Position numbers and translations under genes: made by a program
The notes under the pieces: model-generated
Told to the model about the DNA's origin: nothing
Seen by the model: only the letters and a program-made list of their open reading frames with translations
The model's database searches: none
DNA from: a virus
Lineage: Duplodnaviria; Caudoviricetes
Direction: 5' to 3' (one strand)
Length of the DNA stretch: 45,549 nucleotides
Virus record (IMG/VR): IMGVR_UViG_3300022895_000224
Coordinates: 1-45,549 of that record
Part shown: piece after piece, positions 16,674 through 25,823 of the stretch
How positions within the stretch are numbered: the first letter of the stretch is position 1
How the letters are laid out: each line of letters starts with the position of its first letter

Positions 16674-17507
16674 TTACGATTTTAATTTAGCGGTCGTGCT
16701 TGCTATGAAACTACTAAATGATTTTCTTTTAGACTGTTTTTCTTGCTCATACAGTTTTTCATCGAGGATTAATTCGATCCCAAGCTTAACGTCAGGGAAA
16801 AGAGTTTTGCATTCGTCTTCGCTTAATTCATGTATCCCTTTGCTCATTATTCCGTAGATTGCTCTATTCTCAACTAGAATATCAGGTAGTCTACCCTTAA
16901 GAAGTTTGATTTTTTCATCCATTCTAGATTCTAGATATAACTTTTCATTCCATGGTTCATTGTTTTCGTTGTCTTCATTGGATTTAGCCTTTATATGCAT
17001 CTCTTCAATAAGATTTTCAAATATACGTCTTAGGTAAACAAATGATCCGGCCCCTACACCATGTGAATGTAGTCCAATTGCTTTTGAAAAATCATTATAA
17101 TCCCTCTTAAGTAATTTCTTATACTTATGGATACTTGGTATTTCAATATCAGCAATTGATGGATATTGCCCAGTTTTTATTAATTGGCTGTTCTTAAAGT
17201 AAAAGTTATATGTGAAAATATGGCCATTTCTTTGGCAACGAAAAATTTGAGTTCGTGGTAGACCAAACCTATGCAACATATTTAATAGGGTAATTGTTGA
17301 GTCGGTGCTGAGCGGTTTAGAATAAAATTCATTCTTAACCATAACAAAAGTAGACTCTTTTGAACACTCAGGGCAGTAGCAATCAAACTGTAGATCATCG
17401 GAATAACAAAATAGTCGAACTAAGTCTCCTTCATTATCTTTGTTTAAGTTAATTGGATTGTAGAGTGAAAGTTTTAAATATAAATCTTCAACATTTTCAA
17501 TTTCCAT
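16674..17507 (-). CDS. Zn-ribbon plus HEPN/DUF4145-like protein, possible anti-phage moron
   Basis: CPEC...C...H N-terminus; YLRRIFENLI helix and distal SKGIH reminiscent of HEPN; inverted, with TATAAT upstream on minus. Confidence 0.6.
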   Translation of the reverse strand: MEIENVEDLYLKLSLYNPINLNKDNEGDLVRLFCYSDDLQFDCYCPECSKESTFVMVKNEFYSKPLSTDSTITLLNMLHRFGLPRTQIFRCQRNGHIFTYNFYFKNSQLIKTGQYPSIADIEIPSIHKYKKLLKRDYNDFSKAIGLHSHGVGAGSFVYLRRIFENLIEEMHIKAKSNEDNENNEPWNEKLYLESRMDEKIKLLKGRLPDILVENRAIYGIMSKGIHELSEDECKTLFPDVKLGIELILDEKLYEQEKQSKRKSFSSFIASTTAKLKS

Positions 17508-17597
17508 GCATCATACACCATCCTTACAATAATTAGTTATATTATACTAATTGTTTCCATGTGAGGCACTATTATTTTTCAGAAAGGATTGAATCAC

Positions 17598-20105
17598 ATG
17601 CAGCAGTCAGCAGAAAAACCCAAAGTGATTGCAATACAGCATGATGGCATGCTGACGATTGCAACAGCAACATCACGTAGATCAACAGCGTGGAAGAACA
17701 CAGAAATGACGTACAGTGACTTCCTTAAAAAGCTTTCTACAACTGTACGTACAAAAGAATCCCTTGCGGAGTATATGAAGCTCTCAAAGGACGAGCAGGG
17801 CTCTATTAAAGACGTAGGGGGCTTTGTGGGAGGAAGCTTAAAAGGTGGTCGAAGAAAGGCAGATAGCGTGGCTTGGCGACAACTAATAACTCTTGATGCC
17901 GACTTCATACAAGGCGACTTCTGGGATGGTGTGACAGCGTTCTTTGACAACGCTTGTGCGATTTATAGTACACATAAGCACACGTCTAAAAAGCCCCGTA
18001 TACGCTTAATTATTCCACTGTCTCGTCCAGTATCAGCAGAAGAGTATGTAGCTGTTGCGAAGAAACTTGCTGATATGTTTGGCATCGATTATTTCGATGA
18101 TACGACCTATCAGCCGCACCGTTTAATGTATTGGCCGTCTACAGCTAGTGACGGGGATTACGTTTTTGATTACCAGGATGCAGTTTGGTTGGATCCGGCT
18201 GAGATATTAAAGATGTACAACGATTGGCGTGATCCAGCAGAATGGCCAGAGTCTAGCCGTCAACGCGAGAGCCGTAAAAAGATGGCGGACAAACAAGGCG
18301 ATCCACTATCTAAGCCGGGCATGGTTGGTGCGTTCTGCCGCACGTACTCGATTACTGAAGCCATTGAAACATTCTTATCAGATGTTTATTCTGATGCTGG
18401 TGATGGTCGTTATACATTCAACGGAGGCTCCACAACAGGTGGACTCGTACTTTATGACGATCTGTTTGCCTATTCCCATCACGGTACGGATCCAGTGAGT
18501 GAACAACTTGTAAATGCTTATGATTTAGTACGGTTGCATTTATTTAATGAGTTAGATGAGGATGCAAAAGAAGGTACACCAGTTAATAGATTACCTTCAG
18601 CGAAGGCTATGAACGATAAAGTCCGTACGCTTGATAAAGTGAAAATGATGCTCGCTGATGAACGAATTAAAAGCGCGGCAGAGGATTTCGACCTTGAGGA
18701 TGATAGAGAAGCCGACAGCGAGGAAAAGGTTCAGGATGATGGGTTGTGGAAGGCAAAATTTGATATCAATAAAGCTGGTGAGCTTGAAGTCACAGCAAAA
18801 AACCTCAAATTGATTTTGGAGAATGATCCACATTTAAAAGGATGCTTTGCCTTCAACGAGTTTAGTAGACAACCAGAGATTCTAAGAGACTTGCCTTGGC
18901 GTAAAAAAGAGAAGAGTATTGGTTGGACAAACGGTGATGATGAGGACCTACGCAACTATTTAGATATGGTGTGGTCCATCACTGGCAACTCTAAAATTGC
19001 GGATGCATTGGGAGGAGTGCAGCGTGCGAATACGTTCCATCCTGTGCGTGATTACTTAGGAGCTTTAGAGTGGGATGGCATAAACCGTGTTGATACATTG
19101 CTGATTGACTTTTTAGGTGCTGCTGATACGGAGTATGTACGTACTGTTACTCGCATGACATTGGTTGCAGCAGTTGCACGCATCTTTGAACCAGGTTGCA
19201 AATATGATTTCATGTTAACACTGGTGGGGCCACAAGGGCTTGGTAAATCCATGCTGTTTAACATGCTTGGAGGTAAATGGTTCAGTGATAGTTTAACTTC
19301 GATTCATGGTAAAGAAGCATACGAAAGCTTACATGGCGTGTGGATTATGGAGATGGGCGAGCTGGCTGCAACAAAGAAAAGTGAAGTTGAAACGATTAAA
19401 CAATTCTTGTCTAAGCAAGTGGATAGATATAGGGTTGCATACGGTAAACGACCTGAAGAATTCCCACGTCAATGCATCTTTATTGGTACAACAAATGAGC
19501 ATGAGTTTTTACGTGATCGTACTGGTAACCGAAGGTTTTTAGTAGTGGAGGTACAACCGAATAGTAAACGTAAATGGAAAGAGCTTGATAGCGAGAAAGG
19601 CCATCAAGAGATTGACCAAATATGGGCCGAGGCAGTGCATCTGTTTAAAAGTGGTTCACCTTTATACTTGGATGAGGCGATGGCGGCTGAGGCGCTTAAT
19701 ATGCAGTTAGCCCATACAGTAGAGTCGACGTATGCAGGACAAATTCTAAGCTTTTTAGAGAAACCAATTACTTCAGATTGGTATAAAAAGTCGATTAACG
19801 ACCGCAAATTAGCAATGCGAGAAAACGAATTTTCCGATGATTTCTCAGAAGAGGATGAGGAACTTTTAGAGAAGAATGAAGCACTTGATACCCAAAAATC
19901 AGAGGATCGATTACGTGAAAAAGTGTGTGCATTAGAGATTTGGTGCGAGTGTTTAGGGAAGGATAGAGGATCGTTTCCGATGCATGAATCTCGGGAAATA
20001 AATTCAATCTTAGCTACTTTACCAGGTTGGAAACCTCACAAATCAACCCTGAAATTTGGTGCGGAATATGGCACTCAGCGAGCGTTTATACGTGTTGAAA
20101 AGTAA
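17598..20105 (+). CDS. VapE/virulence-associated E primase-helicase
   Basis: N-terminal primase-like LDAD, YSTHKH, R.RL.IPL; Walker A GPQGLGKS; GTTN and GNRRF; likely ATG at 17598. Confidence 0.92.
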   Translation: MQQSAEKPKVIAIQHDGMLTIATATSRRSTAWKNTEMTYSDFLKKLSTTVRTKESLAEYMKLSKDEQGSIKDVGGFVGGSLKGGRRKADSVAWRQLITLDADFIQGDFWDGVTAFFDNACAIYSTHKHTSKKPRIRLIIPLSRPVSAEEYVAVAKKLADMFGIDYFDDTTYQPHRLMYWPSTASDGDYVFDYQDAVWLDPAEILKMYNDWRDPAEWPESSRQRESRKKMADKQGDPLSKPGMVGAFCRTYSITEAIETFLSDVYSDAGDGRYTFNGGSTTGGLVLYDDLFAYSHHGTDPVSEQLVNAYDLVRLHLFNELDEDAKEGTPVNRLPSAKAMNDKVRTLDKVKMMLADERIKSAAEDFDLEDDREADSEEKVQDDGLWKAKFDINKAGELEVTAKNLKLILENDPHLKGCFAFNEFSRQPEILRDLPWRKKEKSIGWTNGDDEDLRNYLDMVWSITGNSKIADALGGVQRANTFHPVRDYLGALEWDGINRVDTLLIDFLGAADTEYVRTVTRMTLVAAVARIFEPGCKYDFMLTLVGPQGLGKSMLFNMLGGKWFSDSLTSIHGKEAYESLHGVWIMEMGELAATKKSEVETIKQFLSKQVDRYRVAYGKRPEEFPRQCIFIGTTNEHEFLRDRTGNRRFLVVEVQPNSKRKWKELDSEKGHQEIDQIWAEAVHLFKSGSPLYLDEAMAAEALNMQLAHTVESTYAGQILSFLEKPITSDWYKKSINDRKLAMRENEFSDDFSEEDEELLEKNEALDTQKSEDRLREKVCALEIWCECLGKDRGSFPMHESREINSILATLPGWKPHKSTLKFGAEYGTQRAFIRVEK

Positions 20106-20123
20106 CAGTTTTACCAGAATGAA

Positions 20124-20436
20124 GGGTAAACAAACTATAAAATTAACGGCAACAAAGTCGAAAAACGGCAACAAATGTTAATGCTTTAAAGCGTTAAAGT
20201 GGGTAAACAAAGGCAACAAGGGTAAACCGCGTTTGTTGCCGGTTCTAGAAAGCCTAAACCCTTGAGGTTACTGCTTTTATATATAAAGGTAAACAAAGTA
20301 AACAAATAATATCTATTGAGATGTATTATATATATTAGGTATATAGTATAGGTAATATATGTAAATAGAATATACCTAATACGCCTAAATCAATACTACT
20401 CTATACGCGTATGTAAGATTGTTGACCTTGTTTACT
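20124..20436. repeat. Putative replication origin: iteron cluster plus AT-rich tract
   Basis: Direct GGTAAACAAA/GGCAACAAA copies near 20125, 20148, 20167, 20202, 20212, 20221, 20288, 20298; inverted copies at 20232, 20419, 20428; TA-rich 20310-20400. Confidence 0.75.
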
Positions 20437-20461
20437 TTCAACTTGGAGGTAAAAATCAGAC

Positions 20462-20746
20462 ATGAGAGAATCGCAAATTGAAAAATATTTGAAACGAGAA
20501 ATTGAAAAACTAGGAGGGCTTTGTCTCAAATTTGTGAGCCCGGGAAATAAAGGTGTACCAGATCGACTAATCATTTTACCAAATGGACAGGTCATTTTTG
20601 CAGAGTTAAAAAATGAAACAGGTAAGCTTTCACCGATTCAGGTGAAAACGATAGAAACACTAAAAGGATTAAAGTGTAGAGTTTTTTGTTTGAATTCTAA
20701 ACCATCGGTTGATAAACTTGTAGTTGAATTGAGGGATGAACTATGA
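20462..20746 (+). CDS. VRR-NUC domain nuclease
   Basis: RESQIE, KFVSPG..GVPDR, FAELK, LSPIQ. Confidence 0.92.
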   Translation: MRESQIEKYLKREIEKLGGLCLKFVSPGNKGVPDRLIILPNGQVIFAELKNETGKLSPIQVKTIETLKGLKCRVFCLNSKPSVDKLVVELRDEL

Positions 20747-22110
20747 CAGAGTTTGTACCGCACGCATACCAGAGAGTTGCAATTGAAAAGATTATTGAAA
20801 ACCCAGCCTATGCATTATTACTTGATATGGGCTTGGGTAAAACTGTTTCAACACTTACAGCTGTTGATGAATTAAAATATGATTACTTTGAAGTGGAGAA
20901 GGTGTTAGTGATTGCACCTAAACGTGTAGCAGAAGATACTTGGTCACGTGAAGTTGCAAAATGGGAACACCTGAGACATTTAAAAATAAGCAAGGTTCTT
21001 GGAACCGAGCAACAAAGACGAAAAGCCCTTCAAAAACAGGCCGACATTTACGTGATTAATCGTGAAAATGTTGAATGGCTCGTAGCCTACTACGAAAACG
21101 GCAAAACTTGGCCATTTGACATGATTGTCATTGATGAGCTATCTAGCTTTAAAAATCCCAGCTCTAAGCGATTTAAGGCACTACGAAAAGTGCGTACACG
21201 AACAAAACGAGTTGTAGGATTAACAGGAACACCAGCACCAAATAGTCTAATTGATTTGTGGTCACAGATTTACTTGATTGATATGGGAGAGAGACTCGAA
21301 AAGACGTTTACGAAATACAAAAGCAAGTATTTCAAACAGGATCCGTATCGTGTATATCACATCGAACTACAAGAAGGTGCAGAACAACAAATATATGGCA
21401 AGATGGATGACATTTGTTTGTCCATGAAAGCAAAGGATTACTTGAAAGACTTACCTGCAGCTGTCATGAATGTTGTTGAATTAGAGCTTTCACCGAAAGA
21501 GCGAGAACTGTATAACAAGCTTGAAAAAGATTCTCTACTAGAATTCTCTGATGGTGACATTATAGCCACAACTGCAGCTGTACTAAGTAATAAGCTTTTA
21601 CAGCTTTCTAGTGGTGCAGCCTACAACGATAAAGACGGTGTGCAAATAATCCATAGCGTGAAACTGGATGCCTTAGAGGAAATTGTAGAAGCTTCACAAG
21701 GGAAACCAATCCTTGTATTTTATAATTACAAACATGATGTAGAACGAATCAAGAAGAAATTCAAACAAGCGAGAGAACTTGACGATTCTAGTACTATTGA
21801 GAAATGGAACAATGGTGAAATTGAAATCCTTCTGGCGCATCCAGCAAGTGCAGGACACGGTTTAAACATGCAAGATGGTGGTCATACAATCGTTTGGTAT
21901 GGGTTGAATTGGAGCTTAGAACTGTATATGCAAGCCAATGCAAGGCTCCACCGTCAAGGTCAAAAAGAAACCGTGGTAGTTCATCATCTAGTGTTGAAAG
22001 ACAGCATAGATGAGCGTGTAATGAGCGTTCTACAAGGTAAAGAGCAACAACAGGAAGCCTTGATGGATGCTGTGAAAGCACGTATGAGCGAGGTGCTTGG
22101 CATTGATTGA
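20743..22110 (+). CDS. SNF2-family helicase
   Basis: DMGLGKT, DELS, LTGTP, GHGLN.Q, QANARLHRQGQ. Confidence 0.93.
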   Translation: MTEFVPHAYQRVAIEKIIENPAYALLLDMGLGKTVSTLTAVDELKYDYFEVEKVLVIAPKRVAEDTWSREVAKWEHLRHLKISKVLGTEQQRRKALQKQADIYVINRENVEWLVAYYENGKTWPFDMIVIDELSSFKNPSSKRFKALRKVRTRTKRVVGLTGTPAPNSLIDLWSQIYLIDMGERLEKTFTKYKSKYFKQDPYRVYHIELQEGAEQQIYGKMDDICLSMKAKDYLKDLPAAVMNVVELELSPKERELYNKLEKDSLLEFSDGDIIATTAAVLSNKLLQLSSGAAYNDKDGVQIIHSVKLDALEEIVEASQGKPILVFYNYKHDVERIKKKFKQARELDDSSTIEKWNNGEIEILLAHPASAGHGLNMQDGGHTIVWYGLNWSLELYMQANARLHRQGQKETVVVHHLVLKDSIDERVMSVLQGKEQQQEALMDAVKARMSEVLGID

Positions 22111-22561
22111 TTTAATCATGGAGTACAAGAGAGGTAAAAAAGCCCTTGAGCGAATGAAGTCATATATTACGGATCCGAATGAGTTAAAGATTGTAAACGA
22201 AATGATTGCGGATATGGATTATGCTATTGACTGGATGAGACGTGGTGAACGTCCAAACTTCACTGGAAGAGCCATTAAACAAAAAAATGCTTACACAAGA
22301 CGTTCACTAATCAACATGGACTTATTCCCAAGTCTTGAGGTGGAACCTTCAAGAGAAATTAGCAATGAGCGTAAAAAAGCTGTCATGCAAATTCTTATGT
22401 CTTTAACAGAACGACAGATGAATTGTTTTTTACTTCACACAGCACATCTTAGAAGCATGCAGGAGATAGCAGATGAGCTTGGAATTAAGAAACGTACAGT
22501 CCAGGAACACATTGATACAGCACGTATGAAAATAAACGAAATGACTAAGAATGTTATTTAG
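22097..22561 (+). CDS. Sigma-70 region-4-type late transcription activator (Xpf-like)
   Basis: LTERQ..C..L......SMQEIADELGIKKRTVQEHI..AR.KI HTH; located just before the packaging genes. Confidence 0.8.
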   Translation: MALIDLIMEYKRGKKALERMKSYITDPNELKIVNEMIADMDYAIDWMRRGERPNFTGRAIKQKNAYTRRSLINMDLFPSLEVEPSREISNERKKAVMQILMSLTERQMNCFLLHTAHLRSMQEIADELGIKKRTVQEHIDTARMKINEMTKNVI

Positions 22562-22649
22562 CAACATTTGTACCCGTACGAACCCCGTACAAAGTACCCT
22601 TATTAGTGAAGGGGTAAAGTATCGACAAAATGATGAAAGCCCTACACAT

Positions 22650-22683
22650 AAGCCATTCATGCATAAAGCGTGGGTGGTTTTTT
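22650..22683 (+). terminator. Intrinsic terminator
   Basis: AGCCATTCATGC-ataaa-GCGTGGGTGGTT followed by TTTT. Confidence 0.65.
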
Positions 22684-22741
22684 CGTTTATTGCAAATACA
22701 TAAAAAATCCTAAACAGGAACGGAAGTGAGTTGTTTATGAC

Positions 22742-23479
22742 ATGACAAATTGGGACATTATTCGAAAAGAGTGGGAGACTACTAGAATCACATTAATTGA
22801 GCTTGCAGAAAAGCACGGTGTAAAAGAGGGTACACTGAAAAGCCGAAAGAGCAGAGAAGGGTGGAAAAAGGTTGCAACTAAAAAAGATGCATCCAAAACA
22901 AAAAAGATGCAACCATCTAAAAAAGATGCTACATCTAATGCATCAAGAAAGCGAAGTGGAAATCCGAACCCGAAGAATCAATTCACCAGTCGGAACAATC
23001 CTAAACTAGATCATGGGCTGTTCGCGAAGTATCTTCCTGACGAAACCCAGGAAATCATCGAAGCAATGAATGCAAAATCTGCTGCTGACTTAATGTGGGA
23101 TCAAATCACAATACAATATGCTGCAATCTTACGAGCACAGAAAATCATGCATGTCGATTCAAAAGACGAAATGATAAAAGAGCTGAAACGTGAGAAAATG
23201 CAAGGTGGTAAAAACCCATCTCAAGAGGTTGAGTATGAGTTCCAATTTGCTTGGGAACGACAAGCGCAATTGCTAACGGCTCAGTCAAGAGCTATTACCG
23301 AGTTGCGTACTTCCATTAACCATTTTATCAAGTTAGCTGATGAGGCTGACGAACGTCGCTTGAAATTAGAACAGATGCAGCTATCAATTGATAAAACGAA
23401 AGTGGAGATTGATAAGCTTGGTTCAGATGACGAAACAGGATCGTTTGAAATTAAAATTGTTGGCAAAAAACGAGAGTGA
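22742..23479 (+). CDS. terS: Terminase small subunit (YqaS-like)
   Basis: N-terminal HTH LAEKHGVKEGTLKSRKSREGW; HGLFAKYLP; EYEFQFAWE. Confidence 0.88.
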   Translation: MTNWDIIRKEWETTRITLIELAEKHGVKEGTLKSRKSREGWKKVATKKDASKTKKMQPSKKDATSNASRKRSGNPNPKNQFTSRNNPKLDHGLFAKYLPDETQEIIEAMNAKSAADLMWDQITIQYAAILRAQKIMHVDSKDEMIKELKREKMQGGKNPSQEVEYEFQFAWERQAQLLTAQSRAITELRTSINHFIKLADEADERRLKLEQMQLSIDKTKVEIDKLGSDDETGSFEIKIVGKKRE

Positions 23480-23618
23480 TTTTATGCAAGAAATATTGGG
23501 AAATAAATCCGAGCAGTTAACTTAAAGCCCGATAAATCAACGATGTATAAAATCTTGCATAATCAATAAAAAGTGAAGTTTGAAGAACGTTGATATAACA
23601 ATGTTTCTAAAATATTCA

Positions 23619-23646
23619 ACTTCCGAAAACTGAAATTATGTAAACC
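23619..23646 (+). other. dif-like Xer (CodV/RipX) recombination site
   Basis: ACTTCCGAAAA-CTGAAA-TTATGTAAACC versus B. subtilis dif as recalled, ACTTCCTAGAA-TATATA-TTATGTAAACT: arms match 9/11 and 10/11, with a 6-bp spacer. Confidence 0.75.
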
Positions 23647-23675
23647 AAAAACGTATTCTATATTCATGGAGCGCA

Positions 23676-23708
23676 TAAAAAAAAGCAACCTTAATTGGCT
23701 GCTTTTTT
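23676..23708. terminator. Bidirectional terminator at the hicB end
   Basis: AAAAAAGCAACC-ttaatt-GGCTGCTTTTTT. Confidence 0.7.
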
Positions 23709-24122
23709 GTCGTTTTGTTCTAAACCTAGAGCGTCTTTAAGTGATGCTTGAAGAATCTGAGAGAAGTTTAACCCAGCATCTTCGGCCGCGTCTCTTAACC
23801 AGCGAGGAAGCGTACAGTTTTTTGTAACAGCTTTATTAGCAGCCTCATTACGGTATGGAGGCATGTAAACATCCACAAAGATAATTCGATCAGTAGCATC
23901 GAATAATTCAATCTTGTCAGGAGTTGATGGAGCTGGAATAGGTAAATCCTTCTCTTCTAATTCTAGAATACGGAAAGCCAATATCTCTTTTGCTTCTCGG
24001 ATGCCTGTTAAAATATCTTCAGCAGTAATCGCTGTACCTGGGAAATCAGGAAAGTACATCGAGTAATTGCTTTCAGCTACTTCAGCAACAACTGGATAAA
24101 CGAAATGATTTGGGTAACTCAT
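23691..24122 (-). CDS. hicB: HicB family antitoxin
   Basis: YP.V......Y...FPDFPG..., P.PS, KNCTLPRWL...A...GLNFSQILQ..L. Confidence 0.92.
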   Translation of the reverse strand: MSYPNHFVYPVVAEVAESNYSMYFPDFPGTAITAEDILTGIREAKEILAFRILELEEKDLPIPAPSTPDKIELFDATDRIIFVDVYMPPYRNEAANKAVTKNCTLPRWLRDAAEDAGLNFSQILQASLKDALGLEQNDKKAAN

Positions 24123-24209
24123 TTGTTAATACCTCATTTCTAATTTATTTTTTGTATTTCTTTATTTAATTTCGTTAGAAGGTAAAGTAATGGGTGAAGC
24201 AGAGAGGGG

Positions 24210-24425
24210 TTAGAACTTAACCCCTGAAGTCTGCTCGATACTCTTTAGAGTACCACGTTTGATAACTTCACCATCTCGCTTGTAACTGATGTCTGCGTAG
24301 CGAGTTGGGTCATCTTGGTGTATGTACCTTTGATGACTTCCGCCACCCTTATGAGTGGGGGATTTGATGAATCCGTTCTTCCTTAACTTTTGAAGAACTT
24401 CTCTTACAGTCACTTGCTTTCCCAT
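24210..24425 (-). CDS. hicA: HicA family mRNA interferase toxin
   Basis: REV...L..NGF......GSH..Y, ...GTLKSI..TSG; AGGAGG RBS. Confidence 0.9.
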   Translation of the reverse strand: MGKQVTVREVLQKLRKNGFIKSPTHKGGGSHQRYIHQDDPTRYADISYKRDGEVIKRGTLKSIEQTSGVKF

Positions 24426-24448
24426 TACCTTACCTCCTTTCTGATATA

Positions 24449-24516
24449 ATTATAACACGTGCCATTAATGCGTGTCTATATAAAATTATAAAAATATGCG
24501 TGTTTTTTATGCGTGT
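24449..24516 (-). promoter_or_regulatory. hicAB promoter with probable HicB operators
   Basis: Minus strand TAGACA-N18-TATAAT with extended TG; inverted ACACG...CGTGT across the spacer; ATGCGTGT repeated at 24468, 24496 and 24509. Confidence 0.75.
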
Positions 24517-24536
24517 TTCCGAAAAGGGTTGAGTAA

Positions 24537-25811
24537 ATGACGACAGCAGTTGAAAAAGAAGTAAACCCGCATTTCGAGGATTTCCTTTTCGACTGGCGTT
24601 GTAAAACTCAACTCCTTGTCGGTGGATATGGTTCTTCGAAATCCTACCATGTAGCCTTAAAAATACTATTAAAGTTACTTGAAGAAAAACGTACAGCTCT
24701 TGTCGTTCGTGAAGTTTACGATACGCATAGAGAAAGTACGTTTTCTTTATTTACAGAAATTATTGAAGACCTTGGGCTCTCTGGAAAGATAAAGACAAGT
24801 TCATCACCAATGACAGTTAGGTTTCCTAACGGATCTAAGATAATCTTTCGAGGAATGGATAAACCTGAAAAGCTAAAATCCATCAACAACATTTCGCTGA
24901 TTTGGTTAGAGGAATGTAGTGAGATTAAGTATGCAGGGTTCAAAGAGTTGCTAGGACGTTTGCGTCACCCAACACTAGACCTGTTTATTATTCTCTCTAC
25001 CAATCCAGTATCAAAGGGGAATTGGGTGTACAAACATTTCTTTAAGAACGTGATGGAAGAATACTTTGTCTTAGATGATGAGGAACTTTACAAAAAACGA
25101 ACTATCATAATGAACAACACGTATTATCATCACTCGACAGCTGATGATAATTTGTTTTTGCCAGCAAGCTATATTGAGCAACTGGATGAGATGGCTTCAT
25201 ACGATCCTGATTTGCACAGAATTGCACGTAAAGGGCGTTTTGGAATCAACGGGGTATTAGTGCTGCCGCAATTCGAAACAAAGCCGCACGACCAGGTAAT
25301 GAACGAAATAGCACTTATTAGAAAGCCAATTCGTAAGAACGGTATGGACTTTGGTTTTGTTGATTCCTACAATGCCTTATTACGTATGGTAGTGGATCAT
25401 GAGAAGAAGTGGTTATACATCTACTGGGAGTATTACAAGCGTGGTATGACAGATGATAAAACAGCCGATGAACTTGAGGAAGAAGGGCTTAAGAAATCAA
25501 TTATTAAAGCTGATAATGCTGAGCCGAAAACAATTGCTTACTACAAACAGCGAGGCTTTCGTATGTATGCTTGTAAGAAGCTCACACGTATTGAGAACAC
25601 AAAGAAGATGAAACGTTTCAAAAAGATTATCTGCTCCGAAACATGTGTGAATACAATTCGAGAATTGAAGGAGCTTACCTTCAAGAAAGACCCGAAAACA
25701 GATGAAATCATTGAAGATGAATTTAATATTGATCCTCATACATTCTCTGCAATGTGGTACGGACTTGATGATTACGAAGTGGCAAGTGTAAAAGGTGTCA
25801 ATTCAAAATAA
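24537..25811 (+). CDS. terL: Terminase large subunit, PBSX family
   Basis: GGYGSSKS Walker A, WLEE Walker B, STNP, GMDFG RNase H-type nuclease motif. Confidence 0.95.
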   Translation: MTTAVEKEVNPHFEDFLFDWRCKTQLLVGGYGSSKSYHVALKILLKLLEEKRTALVVREVYDTHRESTFSLFTEIIEDLGLSGKIKTSSSPMTVRFPNGSKIIFRGMDKPEKLKSINNISLIWLEECSEIKYAGFKELLGRLRHPTLDLFIILSTNPVSKGNWVYKHFFKNVMEEYFVLDDEELYKKRTIIMNNTYYHHSTADDNLFLPASYIEQLDEMASYDPDLHRIARKGRFGINGVLVLPQFETKPHDQVMNEIALIRKPIRKNGMDFGFVDSYNALLRMVVDHEKKWLYIYWEYYKRGMTDDKTADELEEEGLKKSIIKADNAEPKTIAYYKQRGFRMYACKKLTRIENTKKMKRFKKIICSETCVNTIRELKELTFKKDPKTDEIIEDEFNIDPHTFSAMWYGLDDYEVASVKGVNSK

Positions 25812-25823
25812 GGAGGCGTAAAC

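Noticed and set aside
20124-20436. CRISPR array
   Set aside because: Repeats are only 9-10 bp, irregularly spaced and in both orientations; they fit iterons
23540-23670. ArgR/AhrC boxes as accessory sites for the dif-like element
   Set aside because: Only loose AT-rich resemblance; spacing does not fit the ARG box
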